The notes beneath the pieces were generated by a model. That model was not told the origin of the DNA and did not search any database. It was given only the letters and a program-made list of their open reading frames with translations. Source: Gemmatimonas sp. (GTDB taxonomy: Bacteria; Gemmatimonadota; Gemmatimonadetes; Gemmatimonadales; Gemmatimonadaceae). Taken from it: a DNA stretch of 64,000 bases. Below are positions 10,933 to 21,258 of the stretch, one piece after another. The position numbers were made by a program, and so were the translations under genes. Location of the stretch: positions 64,001 through 128,000 of the forward strand of contig JANNVQ010000014.1 in NCBI GenBank assembly GCA_031414535.1, read 5' to 3'. Position 1 is the stretch's first letter; the number at the start of each line of letters is the position of its first letter.

Positions 10933-12201
10933 ATGACTGACCGCCTGACCTATTCCTCGCCGGTCTCGCGCTCCACAATGGCGTACGTGTTGGCGGGAGG
11001 CCGAGGCTCGCGCCTGATGGAGCTCACGGACCGTCGGGCAAAGCCCGCTGTGTACTTCGGCGGCAAGTCGCGCATCGTGGACTTTGCGCTCTCCAACGCG
11101 CTCAACACCGGCATTCGCCGCCTCGCCGTGGCCACGCAGTACAAGGCGCACTCGCTCATTCGCCATCTGCAGCGCGGCTGGAGCTTTTTGCGTGTGGAGC
11201 GCAACGAGAGCTTTGATATCCTACCGGCCTCGCAGCGCATCTCCGAGGACAAGTGGTACTTGGGTACGGCCGATGCTGTGTACCAGAACATCGACATCAT
11301 TGATGGCTATGGTCCGGAGTACCTGCTCATCCTCGCGGGTGACCACGTGTACAAGATGGACTATGAGCGCATGCTCGTTCAGCACGTGAACAGCGGCGCA
11401 GACGTGACGGTGGCCTGCGTAGAAGTGCCGGTTGCCGAGGCATCGGGATTCGGCGTGATGCACGTGGGCGAGAACGATCGTATCGTGGACTTCTTGGAAA
11501 AGCCGGCGAATCCGCCGGAGATGCCGGGCCGGCCGGGTTGGGTGCTGGCCTCAATGGGCATCTATGTGTTCCGTCGCGATTTCCTGCACGAGCAGCTGGA
11601 GCGCGATGCGGCAGATCCCACATCCTCGCGTGACTTCGGCAAGGACATCATCCCGTACTTGGTGAAGAACGCCAAGGCCGTAGCGCATCGCTTCAATGAG
11701 TCGAGCGTGCGCGGACAGTCCGAGCGCGGCGACTACTGGCGGGACGTCGGCACGCTCGACGCATACTGGCAGGCGAACATTGACCTGACGGACATCGTGC
11801 CGGATCTCGACATCTACGATCACGACTGGCCCATCTGGACCTACGGAGAGATCGTGCCGCCGGCCAAGTTCGTGCACGATGTACCGGACCGGCGTGGCGA
11901 AGCGGTGTCCTCGCTAGTGTCAGGTGGCTGCATTGTCTCGGGCAGCTTCGTACGCCGTTCCCTCCTCTTCACTGGAGTGCTCGCGCACTCGTATTCAAAG
12001 GTGGACGCGAGCGTGATCCTTCCCTACGTACACATCGGCCGCCACGCGCGGCTGAGCAACGTGATCGTGGACAAGGGCGTGCGTATTCCTGAAGGCCTCG
12101 TGATTGGCGAGGATCCTGAGCTCGACGCGCAGCGCTTCCGGCGCACGGAGAAGGGCATCTGCCTCGTCACGCAACCTATGATTGACCGGCTCGGGGCGTG
12201 A
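10933..12201 (+). CDS. glgC: Glucose-1-phosphate adenylyltransferase
   Basis: [10 protein letters not shown]...[34 protein letters not shown]. Confidence 0.97.
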   Translation: MTDRLTYSSPVSRSTMAYVLAGGRGSRLMELTDRRAKPAVYFGGKSRIVDFALSNALNTGIRRLAVATQYKAHSLIRHLQRGWSFLRVERNESFDILPASQRISEDKWYLGTADAVYQNIDIIDGYGPEYLLILAGDHVYKMDYERMLVQHVNSGADVTVACVEVPVAEASGFGVMHVGENDRIVDFLEKPANPPEMPGRPGWVLASMGIYVFRRDFLHEQLERDAADPTSSRDFGKDIIPYLVKNAKAVAHRFNESSVRGQSERGDYWRDVGTLDAYWQANIDLTDIVPDLDIYDHDWPIWTYGEIVPPAKFVHDVPDRRGEAVSSLVSGGCIVSGSFVRRSLLFTGVLAHSYSKVDASVILPYVHIGRHARLSNVIVDKGVRIPEGLVIGEDPELDAQRFRRTEKGICLVTQPMIDRLGA

Positions 12202-13646
12202 GCGCCAAGCCTCTACACGTACTCTCCGTCGCCTCGGAGTGTTTCCCGCTGGTGAAGACAGGCGGACTTGCCGATGTGGTGGGCGCATTGCCTCAGGCTT
12301 TAGCCGCGGAGGATATCGCAGTCGAGACTCTGCTGCCGGGCTATCCTGCCGTACTTGAGGCCTTGCACGGCGCGCCGGTTCTGCAGCGGTACGAGAACTT
12401 GATGGGCGGGCCGGCACAGCTACGTGCCGGAGTTGCAGCAGGACTGGCGCTCTACGTGCTCGATGCGCCGCACTTGTTTGCACGACCAGGAAATCCATAC
12501 GTGGACGCAGACGGCCAAGATTGGCCAGACAATGCCCTGCGCTTTGGGGCACTCGCGCGCGCTGCCGCTGACCTTGCTCGTGGCGTTCCGCGCGCCCCAC
12601 GACCAGACGTGGTCCACGCGCACGATTGGCAAGCGGGACTCGTGCCCGCCTACCTGCGCTACACGCCCGGCGCGCGCGTCCCCACGGTGATGACCGTGCA
12701 CAACCTCGCCTTTCAGGGACGTTTTCCGGCGGAGTCTCTTGCTCCTCTTGGGCTGCCCGAGGACGCCTTCCAAATGAATGGCGTGGAGTACTACGGCGGC
12801 GTGGGCTTCCTGAAGGCAGGACTCGCTCTGTCGGATCGCGTCACGACCGTCTCGCCCACCTATGCCGCTGAGATCTGCACCAGCGAACACGGAATGGGGC
12901 TGGATGGTCTGTTGCGCCAGCGCGGTGGGGATTGGCACGGCATTCTCAACGGACTCGATGTGCGCGTATGGGACCCCGCCACCGACGAGCACATCGCACA
13001 GCGCTACGATGCAAAACGGCTTGGACAGCGCGCGGTGAACAAGGCAGTCCTTCAGCAAAAACTCGGCCTCGCTCTAGAGCCACGCACGGTGCTCTACGGC
13101 GTCGTGAGTCGCCTCACGTGGCAGAAGGGTATGGACCTCCTGCTCTCGGTGTTGCCAGAGTTGGTGGCTGGAGGCGCGCAGTTGGCGCTGCTAGGGGCAG
13201 GCGATGCGGCACTCGAAGCAGGTTTCGCCGATGCGGCGGCAACCTATCCTGGCCGAGTGGGCATATTGCGCGGATACGACGAGTCGTTGGCGCACAACAT
13301 TCAAGCCGGCTGCGACGCCTTGCTTGTGCCTTCTCGCTTTGAGCCCTGCGGCCTCACGCAATTGCAAGCATTGCGCTACGGCGCCATTCCAGTGGTGGCA
13401 AGGACCGGTGGGCTCGCAGACACCGTGGTTGACGCCAACGAGATGGCTCTGGCCTCACGCGCGGGTACCGGCATCGTATTCTCGCCCGTTACACGTGACG
13501 CACTGTTGCATGCCCTCGGCCGCACGCAGGCACTCTACGCTCAAGCCTCCCTCTGGCGAGCCATGCAGCGCCGTGCGATGGCCACGGATGTCAGCTGGGC
13601 CCGGCCGGCCGCTCGCTACGCAGCGCTCTATCGCGAAATCGCGTGA
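12198..13646 (+). CDS. glgA: Glycogen synthase (GT5)
   Basis: [39 protein letters not shown] overlap with glgC. Confidence 0.97.
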   Translation: MSAKPLHVLSVASECFPLVKTGGLADVVGALPQALAAEDIAVETLLPGYPAVLEALHGAPVLQRYENLMGGPAQLRAGVAAGLALYVLDAPHLFARPGNPYVDADGQDWPDNALRFGALARAAADLARGVPRAPRPDVVHAHDWQAGLVPAYLRYTPGARVPTVMTVHNLAFQGRFPAESLAPLGLPEDAFQMNGVEYYGGVGFLKAGLALSDRVTTVSPTYAAEICTSEHGMGLDGLLRQRGGDWHGILNGLDVRVWDPATDEHIAQRYDAKRLGQRAVNKAVLQQKLGLALEPRTVLYGVVSRLTWQKGMDLLLSVLPELVAGGAQLALLGAGDAALEAGFADAAATYPGRVGILRGYDESLAHNIQAGCDALLVPSRFEPCGLTQLQALRYGAIPVVARTGGLADTVVDANEMALASRAGTGIVFSPVTRDALLHALGRTQALYAQASLWRAMQRRAMATDVSWARPAARYAALYREIA

Positions 13647-16600
13647 CGGGAGTGCAGGCGCAGGCCGGATTCCCGGCGCCCTTAGGCGTGACCCTGCAGG
13701 ACGACGGCGTAAACGTCGCCGTGTTCTCGCGCTACGCAACACAACTTGATTTCTGTGTTTTCGACGAGACCGGCGCGCGTGAAGTCGCGCGCATCCCGCT
13801 GCCCGAGCGCACGGGCGATGTGTGGCACGGCTTCGTTCCAGGCATTCGCGCGGGAGCACGCTACGGACTGCGCGCTCACGGCGAGTGGAGCCCGCGAGAC
13901 GGGCATCGCTTCAATGCGGACAAGCTGCTGATTGATCCGTATGCGCGAGCGCTCGACCGCCGCATCGCGCTGCACGAGGCGATGTTCACCCAAACTCCCT
14001 CTGGGACGATGAATCCCGAGGACTCAGCCGGCGTGGTGCCCAAAGCCATCGTACTGGGAGCCTCGCCGGCATGGGAGCCTCAGCGTCCGCGCCGCCCGTG
14101 GAGCGAAAGCGTCGTGTACGAAATGCACGTGCGTGGCTTCACCAAACAGCATCCCGATGTTCCGCTTCCGCTACGCGGCACCTTGGCAGGACTCGCACAT
14201 CCGGCGGCTCTTGATCACCTCGTGAAGCTGGGCATCACGGCCGTTGAGCTACTGCCCATCGCCGCTGCCGTGGACGAGCGCCACCTGATGAAGCTTGGCC
14301 TCCGGAACTACTGGGGCTACAACACCATCGGCTGGATGGTACCTGATCCTGCTCTCGCGCCCGGCGGCATCGCCGAGGTCCGGCAGTGTGTAGAGTCGCT
14401 GCACGCGGCAGGCATCGAAGTGCTCCTCGACGTTGTGCTGAATCATTCGGGCGAGAGCGATGCGATGGGCCCCACGCTATCACTGCGCGGCCTCGACAAC
14501 GCTAGCTACTACCGCCTCGTGCCCGGGCACGCGGAGCGCGACATCAATGATACGGGCACGGGCAACACGCTCGCGCTCGATCGCGCCCCCGTAACGAAGC
14601 TTGCGCTCGATACCCTGCGCTACTGGGCCAGCGCCGCGGGCGTGGATGGGTTCCGCTATGACCTCGCCACCACGCTTGCGCGCCGCGAGAGTGGATTCGA
14701 TGCGTCGGCACCGCTGCTCGCGGCCATTGATGCTGATCCACTACTCCGCACGCTCAAGCACATCGCCGAACCCTGGGATATTGGGCCGGGTGGATATCAA
14801 CTCGGCGCATTCCCTGCAGCCTGGGGCGAGTGGAACGACAAATTCCGCGATTGCGTACGTCGCTATTGGCAGGGCTTCGGCGATGCACCGGCTGAGCTCG
14901 CAACACGATTAGCTGGCTCACCCGATGTGCTACGTGGACGAGGGCGGCCGCCTTCGCGCTCCGTAAACTTCGTGACTGCGCACGATGGCTTCACCCTCGC
15001 CGACCTCGTGAGCTATGCGCACAAGCACAATGAGGCCAACGGCGAGCACAACCGCGACGGCACCGACGCCAACCATTCGTGGAATCACGGCGTGGAAGGC
15101 CCCACGGACGATCCGCGAATCGTCGAGGCGCGCCGGCGAGATGCCCGCGCATTGCTCGCCACACTGCTCTCAGCCCGCGGAACGCCCATGCTCTGCATGG
15201 GCGACGAGATGGGACGTAGCCAGCGCGGCAACAACAATGCGTATGCGCAGGATAATGAGATTGCTTGGGTGGACTGGGGCTCGACGGATCGCGCCCAGCT
15301 CGCCTTTACCACGCGTATGCTCGCGCTTCGTCAGCGCCACAGCGCCCTCCGCGAAGACCGTTGGCTGACCGGCGGACCGCGCTCAGGCGGTGCGACTCCC
15401 GACGTGCGTTGGCTGCGCGCCGACGGCCAGCTGGCCTCCGGTTTGGATTGGGGCTCGGGACGGATGAGCGTACTCGTGGCCTTACTTTCGGACTCGGTCG
15501 AGCTTCGTGTGGCGGTGTGCCTCAACCCCACGAATGACGCTGTAGTGCTCCGTCTCCCTGCCGCCGCCGAGGGTCGGCACTGGGTCTGCGCCCTGGATAC
15601 CGCAGCCGATCCCCTGCTCTTCTCCGAGTGGACCGTAGATAATCCACAGACCCTAAACCTCCCCGGGCGAGCCGTGCTGGTGTTCGCCGAGACGTCTTCG
15701 CTTGATGGTGGGGTAGCGCAAGACGCCAGTCTGCACCAGCGTTCAACATCTATGACGTTTCCACGCACGGCAGGACTGCTCCTGCATCCCACATCGCTTC
15801 CCGGCGCCGGCGGCATTGGTGACCTCGGTCCCGAAGCGCACAACTTCGTTGAGTTCATGGCCGCCGCTGGCATCAAGCTGTGGCAGGTGCTGCCGCTTGG
15901 TCCCACTGGATACGGCGACTCACCATACCAATGCTTCTCCGCCTTCGCGGGCAATCCAATGCTGGTGCACGTGCCCGGCGCTGACGGAGACTTTGACGCG
16001 AAGCAGATTGAATGGGCCCGCGTCATTCCGCATAAGCGTTCAGCGCTCCGCCGCGCGACTGCCGCGATGTCCAGAGATGCCGCGTACGCACTGTTCTTGA
16101 GTGAGCAGGCTTGGTGGCTCGAGGATTATGCGCTCTTCATGGCCCTCAAGGAGGCCCACGGCGGCGTGGAGTGGACGCGCTGGGATGAAGGGGCCCGACG
16201 TCGTGATCCAGCGGCGCTCGCGCAATGGCGCGAGCGTCTCGCCGAGGACATCGAGCACCATCGGCGCGTGCAACACCTGTTTTTCCAACAGTGGCGGAGC
16301 GTGAAGGCGCACTGCGCCGAGAAGGGCATCAAGATCATGGGTGACCTGCCCATCTATGTATCGCATGATTCGGCAGACGTGTGGGCAGCACCGCAGTATT
16401 TCATGCTGCGTGACGATGGACGTCCCACAGTGCAGGCCGGCGTGCCGCCAGACTACTTTAGCGCCACCGGTCAGCTCTGGGGTAATCCCATCTATAACTG
16501 GGACGCCATGCAGGCAGATGGGTTTCAGTGGTGGATCCGTCGCACGCGCGCGATGTTTACGATGGTCGATGTGGTGCGCGTAGACCACTTCCGCGGCTTT

Positions 16601-17218
16601 GCCGCGTACTGGGAAGTGCCGGGCGAGGACAACACCGCCATCAACGGACGCTGGGTGAACGCGCCGGGTGACGCGCTGTTCTCGGCCATCACCGAGGCCT
16701 TGGGCCCGCTGCCGATTGTCGCGGAGAATCTTGGCCTGATTACGGAAGAGGTCGAGTCGCTGCGTGCGAAGTTTGGCTATCCCGGGATGAGCATTCTGCA
16801 GTTCGCCTTTGGCGCCGACGGCTCGGCGAATGATTTTCAACCGCACACGTATCCACGCGAGCGCGTGGTGTACACCGGCACGCACGACAACGATACGGTG
16901 GTAGGCTGGTGGAACTCTGTTCCTGGCGCGGACTCCACGCGTACGCAGGCAATGATTGACGCAGAGAAGGCCTTTGCTTGCCGCTATCTCGGCACTGATG
17001 GCCGCGAGATTCATTGGACAATGATTCGGGCGGCGCTCGCGTCGGTGGCCGACACGGCGATTCTCCCGATGCAGGATTTGCTGGGCCTCGGGAACGAGGC
17101 GAGGATGAACCTTCCGGGCCGTCAGGCCGGCAACTGGGGGTTCCGCTTCACCTGGGACGAAGTCCGCACGGAGACTGTGCGTCGGCTGCGTGAGATGGTT
17201 GACCTTTATCAGCGATAG
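13643..17218 (+). CDS. glgX-malQ: Bifunctional glycogen debranching enzyme GlgX (GH13) fused to 4-alpha-glucanotransferase MalQ (GH77)
   Basis: GlgX half: [28 protein letters not shown]. MalQ half from Met at 15752: [53 protein letters not shown]. No stop between the halves. Confidence 0.93.
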   Translation: MTGVQAQAGFPAPLGVTLQDDGVNVAVFSRYATQLDFCVFDETGAREVARIPLPERTGDVWHGFVPGIRAGARYGLRAHGEWSPRDGHRFNADKLLIDPYARALDRRIALHEAMFTQTPSGTMNPEDSAGVVPKAIVLGASPAWEPQRPRRPWSESVVYEMHVRGFTKQHPDVPLPLRGTLAGLAHPAALDHLVKLGITAVELLPIAAAVDERHLMKLGLRNYWGYNTIGWMVPDPALAPGGIAEVRQCVESLHAAGIEVLLDVVLNHSGESDAMGPTLSLRGLDNASYYRLVPGHAERDINDTGTGNTLALDRAPVTKLALDTLRYWASAAGVDGFRYDLATTLARRESGFDASAPLLAAIDADPLLRTLKHIAEPWDIGPGGYQLGAFPAAWGEWNDKFRDCVRRYWQGFGDAPAELATRLAGSPDVLRGRGRPPSRSVNFVTAHDGFTLADLVSYAHKHNEANGEHNRDGTDANHSWNHGVEGPTDDPRIVEARRRDARALLATLLSARGTPMLCMGDEMGRSQRGNNNAYAQDNEIAWVDWGSTDRAQLAFTTRMLALRQRHSALREDRWLTGGPRSGGATPDVRWLRADGQLASGLDWGSGRMSVLVALLSDSVELRVAVCLNPTNDAVVLRLPAAAEGRHWVCALDTAADPLLFSEWTVDNPQTLNLPGRAVLVFAETSSLDGGVAQDASLHQRSTSMTFPRTAGLLLHPTSLPGAGGIGDLGPEAHNFVEFMAAAGIKLWQVLPLGPTGYGDSPYQCFSAFAGNPMLVHVPGADGDFDAKQIEWARVIPHKRSALRRATAAMSRDAAYALFLSEQAWWLEDYALFMALKEAHGGVEWTRWDEGARRRDPAALAQWRERLAEDIEHHRRVQHLFFQQWRSVKAHCAEKGIKIMGDLPIYVSHDSADVWAAPQYFMLRDDGRPTVQAGVPPDYFSATGQLWGNPIYNWDAMQADGFQWWIRRTRAMFTMVDVVRVDHFRGFAAYWEVPGEDNTAINGRWVNAPGDALFSAITEALGPLPIVAENLGLITEEVESLRAKFGYPGMSILQFAFGADGSANDFQPHTYPRERVVYTGTHDNDTVVGWWNSVPGADSTRTQAMIDAEKAFACRYLGTDGREIHWTMIRAALASVADTAILPMQDLLGLGNEARMNLPGRQAGNWGFRFTWDEVRTETVRRLREMVDLYQR

Positions 17219-17227
17219 CGAGGCATC

Positions 17228-18541
17228 ATGGCGGTAGCTCAACAGACTCCGACCAAGTTCTCCAGCATTTGGAATATGAGCTTTGGTTTCCTCGGCATTC
17301 AGTTTGGCTGGGGACTGCAGATGGCCAATATGAGCGCCATCTACGAATACCTGGGCGCAGAGCCTGATCAGATTCCGCTGCTCTGGCTCGCAGCACCACT
17401 CACAGGACTGATTGTTCAGCCCATTGTCGGACACCTGAGCGACAACACTTGGTCGCCACGCTTCGGTCGGCGACGCCCCTATTTTTTGATCGGCGCAGTG
17501 CTGGCGTCCTTGGCACTCATTGCGATGCCGAACTCCAGTTCGCTCTGGATGGCAGCTGGCCTGCTCTGGATTCTCGATGCCAGCATCAATATTTCGATGG
17601 AGCCGTTTCGTGCATTCGTGAGTGACCTGCTGCCGCCCAAGGAGCGCACGCGTGGCTTCGCCATGCAGAGCTTCTTCATTGGATTGGGTGCGGTCATCGC
17701 ATCGGCGATGCCTTGGATGCTCACCAATTGGTTTGGCGTTGTGAGCGATGGCAGTTCGGCGATCCCGCTCGCCGTGAAGCTCTCGTTCTACGTGGGCTCG
17801 GCCGCCTTCTTCGGTGCCGTGCTTTACACGGTGCTGACCACACCTGAGAAGCCCCCCGTTGATATGGCGGCATTCGAGGCCAAGCGGAAGGCTGGTGCTG
17901 GTGTTGGCAACGTCACGCGCGAGATTATCTACGCCATCACACATATGCCGAACACGATGCGGCAGTTAGCAGTGATGCAGGTGTTCACCTGGCTTGGCCT
18001 GTTCTGTATGTGGCTGTACTTCGGCGTTGCCGTGGCCACGGGAGTATTTGGCGCGACTGACCCCAGTGATCCGCGCTACCAGCAAGGCATCGAGTGGGCT
18101 GGCCTCTGCTTTGGCGCCTACTCGCTGGTGACTTTCCTGTTTGCCTTCACCTTGCCGCCGATTGCCAAGAAGGCCGGACGCAAGGGGACACACGCACTCT
18201 GCCTACTCGCCGGCGCGGCGGGGTTGTTTAGCGTGCAGTATGTCACCGAACCCAAGATGCTCCTGCTCTCAATGGTGGGCGTGGGCATTGCCTGGGCCAG
18301 CACGCTCTCGATGCCGTACTCGATTCTCGCCGGCTCGATTCCCGAGGGGAAGACGGGTATCTACATGGGCATCTTTAATTTCTTCATTGTGATTCCCGAG
18401 ATTGTCGCCGCGGTTGGTTTTGGCTGGGTGATGAACACCCTACTCGATAACAATCGCATGGCTGCCGTGACCACTGGCGGTGTGTGCCTCGCGATTGCGG
18501 CGCTGCTGGCGCTGCGCGTCACCGAGCCCAAGGAGGCCTGA
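17228..18541 (+). CDS. MFS/SLC45-like sugar (maltose) transporter
   Basis: IWNMSFGFLGIQFGWGLQ, GRRRPY, DASINISMEPFRA, GIYMGIFNFFIVIPE; about 12 TM segments. Confidence 0.9.
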   Translation: MAVAQQTPTKFSSIWNMSFGFLGIQFGWGLQMANMSAIYEYLGAEPDQIPLLWLAAPLTGLIVQPIVGHLSDNTWSPRFGRRRPYFLIGAVLASLALIAMPNSSSLWMAAGLLWILDASINISMEPFRAFVSDLLPPKERTRGFAMQSFFIGLGAVIASAMPWMLTNWFGVVSDGSSAIPLAVKLSFYVGSAAFFGAVLYTVLTTPEKPPVDMAAFEAKRKAGAGVGNVTREIIYAITHMPNTMRQLAVMQVFTWLGLFCMWLYFGVAVATGVFGATDPSDPRYQQGIEWAGLCFGAYSLVTFLFAFTLPPIAKKAGRKGTHALCLLAGAAGLFSVQYVTEPKMLLLSMVGVGIAWASTLSMPYSILAGSIPEGKTGIYMGIFNFFIVIPEIVAAVGFGWVMNTLLDNNRMAAVTTGGVCLAIAALLALRVTEPKEA

Positions 18542-21258
18542 TGTATCACCTCAGCATTGGGCGTAACGCGATTCTCGCGGCCGCACTCGTGGCGGCCGCT
18601 TCAATTCCGCTGGCGGCGCAGGCGCCAGTGGTGACGAAGGTTGATCCGCCAAGCTGGTGGCCGTCGTCTACCGTGAATCCTGTGCGCGTGATGATCCGCG
18701 GGCAGCATCTTGCGGGCGCGAGACTCGAATGCCCACGCCTCCGCTGCACCAACGTCTCGGTCAATGCGACCGGGACGTATGTGTTTGCGGATGTCGAGAT
18801 TCCGGGCGCGGCAACGCCTGGGCGCTACCCGCTGCGGGTACGCACGGCGGCAGGCAGCGCCGATGCAAGCTTCGAGATTTTTGCTCGGGTACCATCCGCT
18901 GGCAATTATCAAGGCTTCGGTTCGCAGGATGTGATGTACCTGCTGATGCCCGATCGCTTTGCCAACGGCGATACGGCCAACGACAATCCGGCGGCCTCGC
19001 GCGGACTGCTTGATCGTAGCAAGGCGCGTTACTACCACGGCGGCGACCTCGCCGGCGTGCGGCAGCGGCTGCCCTATCTGAAGGAGTTGGGGATCACGAC
19101 GATTTGGATGAACCCCATCTACGATAACAACAACCGACTCAACGAGCGCGAGACCTATGATGGCCAAGCCATCACCGACTACCACGGCTACGGCGCGACT
19201 GACTTCTATGCAGTAGAAGAGCGTTTTGGCGATATGGCCGCGCTACGGCAGTTGGTACGCGACGCGCATGCGCAGGGTATCAAGATTGTGTACGACCTCG
19301 TGGCCAACCACACGGGCCCGTATCACCCGTGGGTACAAGATGCGCCGACGCCGACGTGGTTCCACGGCACGCAGGAGCGCCATCTCAACAACACCTGGCA
19401 GACGTGGGCAATTGCGGATCCGTACGCCGCGCCGGCGGTGACTGAAGCCACACTGGATGGATGGTTCCTTAACATTCTCCCGGACCTCAATCAGGACGAC
19501 CCCGAAGTCGCCAAGTACATCATCCAAAACACGCTCTGGTGGATGGCCATCACCGGCGCCGACGGCATCCGTCAGGATACTTGGCCCTACGTGCCGCGGC
19601 GCTTCTGGCGCGAGTGGATGGCGGCTATCAAGCGCGAGTTCCCGAACACGAGAGTGGTCGGCGAAGTCTTTGATGGCGACGCGGCGGTGGTCGCGTTCCA
19701 CGAGGGTGGTCGCCCCAGTTGGGACGGCATTGATCCCGGCGTAGATGCGCTGTTTGACTTCCCGCTCTTCTATGCTTTCCGCGAAGCCTTTGCGCGGGGA
19801 CGCTCCGTGCGCGCCATGCCTCAGCAGCTCGCGCGTGACCGTCTGTACCGCTCACCCGGCTCGATGGTCACCTTCATCGGCCTGCATGATGTAGATCGCT
19901 TCATGAGCGAGCGAGGTGCTACGATTGCTGGCCTCAAGCTGGCCTACACGGCAATGTTTACTCTGCGTGGCACGCCCCTCGTGTACTACGGCGATGAGAT
20001 TGCCTTGGCAGGGGGTAGCGATCCCGACAACCGCCGCGACTTCCCCGGCGGATTCTCCAGTGACCCGCGCAACGCCTTCACCGCAGCAGGACGCAACGCC
20101 GAGCAGGAGAGTGTGCACGCCCACGTCCGGCGCCTCGCCGCGCTACGCGCCAGCCACGCCGATCTACGCAGTGACTCAATGCAGACTCTCGTGGCCGGCG
20201 AACAACTTTGGGTGTACCGGCGCGGTGGCTTCATTGTGGCCATCAACAACGACACGCTGCCAGTGACAGCGCGGATGCCTGTGGCGCGTCTGGATGCTGA
20301 TCTGATGGGCATTTGCGGCGCGCCTCGCGCAGGCGGCACCGGCTCGGCCGTAGATATTCCTGCGCGCAGCGGCTGCATTCTGCCTGTACGTGCGCTGCAG
20401 ATGCCTGGACCGTCTTTGGGCGTGACCGGCAAGCGGATTGTGGTCCCGAGCTTTGGGTCTCGTCACGTGGCTGCGCGGAACGTCGAGATTTGGCTGCCAC
20501 CTGGCTACGAGGCGGATACAGCGCGATATCCAGTGTTGTATATGCACGACGGCCAGAACGTCTTCGATCCTTCCACCTCCTCCAGTGGCGTGGACTGGGC
20601 AGTGGACGAAGTGATGACCAGTCTGATCGCCCGCGGAGAAGTCCGTCCTGCCATCGTCGTAGCCTCGTGGAACTCGCCACAACGAGTCTTTGAGTATATG
20701 GCTGCCAAAGCCATTCCTCTTGGCCAAGACAGCATCAACACGGCGCAAGGTCGTCGCGCTGGCAATTGGATCGGCGACAAATACCTGCAGTTCCTCGTGG
20801 ACGAGCTGAAGCCATACATCGACGCGCAGTATCGTACGCGGACTGGTCGCGCCGACACTTTCGTGATGGGCTCGAGCATGGGCGGCATTGCATCGCTCTA
20901 TGCAATCGCTGAGTATCCGCAGGTCTTTGGCGCGGCAGCGGCAGTGAGCACGCATTGGCCCATCGGTGATGGGGTAACGCTCGACTACCTGCGCAGTCAC
21001 ATGCCAGACCCCGCCACGCATCGCCTGTACTTGGATATCGGGACGGCCACGCTCGACTCACTCTACCCGCCCTACCAGCGCCGTGCCGATGAAATTCTAA
21101 GACAGGCGGGCTACCGGCAGGGCGTGAATCTGCACTCGCAGGTCTTTGAAGGCGAGGAGCACAACGAACGCGCTTGGCGCGAGCGCGTAGACGTGCCGCT
21201 GAAGTTCCTTCTCGCCCCAGCTCGTCCTACACCGCGCGCCAGCGGGCGCCGCGACTAG
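18541..21258 (+). CDS. Secreted GH13 cyclomaltodextrinase/neopullulanase-like enzyme fused to a C-terminal alpha/beta-hydrolase (esterase)
   Basis: ATG 18541 (TGATG overlap) and signal peptide. GH13: YLLMPDRFANGD, YHGY, RQDT, VGEV, HD. Esterase: YPVLYMHDGQN, GSSMGG, HNE. Confidence 0.88.
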   Translation: MYHLSIGRNAILAAALVAAASIPLAAQAPVVTKVDPPSWWPSSTVNPVRVMIRGQHLAGARLECPRLRCTNVSVNATGTYVFADVEIPGAATPGRYPLRVRTAAGSADASFEIFARVPSAGNYQGFGSQDVMYLLMPDRFANGDTANDNPAASRGLLDRSKARYYHGGDLAGVRQRLPYLKELGITTIWMNPIYDNNNRLNERETYDGQAITDYHGYGATDFYAVEERFGDMAALRQLVRDAHAQGIKIVYDLVANHTGPYHPWVQDAPTPTWFHGTQERHLNNTWQTWAIADPYAAPAVTEATLDGWFLNILPDLNQDDPEVAKYIIQNTLWWMAITGADGIRQDTWPYVPRRFWREWMAAIKREFPNTRVVGEVFDGDAAVVAFHEGGRPSWDGIDPGVDALFDFPLFYAFREAFARGRSVRAMPQQLARDRLYRSPGSMVTFIGLHDVDRFMSERGATIAGLKLAYTAMFTLRGTPLVYYGDEIALAGGSDPDNRRDFPGGFSSDPRNAFTAAGRNAEQESVHAHVRRLAALRASHADLRSDSMQTLVAGEQLWVYRRGGFIVAINNDTLPVTARMPVARLDADLMGICGAPRAGGTGSAVDIPARSGCILPVRALQMPGPSLGVTGKRIVVPSFGSRHVAARNVEIWLPPGYEADTARYPVLYMHDGQNVFDPSTSSSGVDWAVDEVMTSLIARGEVRPAIVVASWNSPQRVFEYMAAKAIPLGQDSINTAQGRRAGNWIGDKYLQFLVDELKPYIDAQYRTRTGRADTFVMGSSMGGIASLYAIAEYPQVFGAAAAVSTHWPIGDGVTLDYLRSHMPDPATHRLYLDIGTATLDSLYPPYQRRADEILRQAGYRQGVNLHSQVFEGEEHNERAWRERVDVPLKFLLAPARPTPRASGRRD

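Noticed and set aside
16040..17944. 634-aa minus-strand ORF
   Set aside because: Antisense shadow of malQ and the MFS transporter; no recognisable motifs, and expected in high-GC coding DNA.
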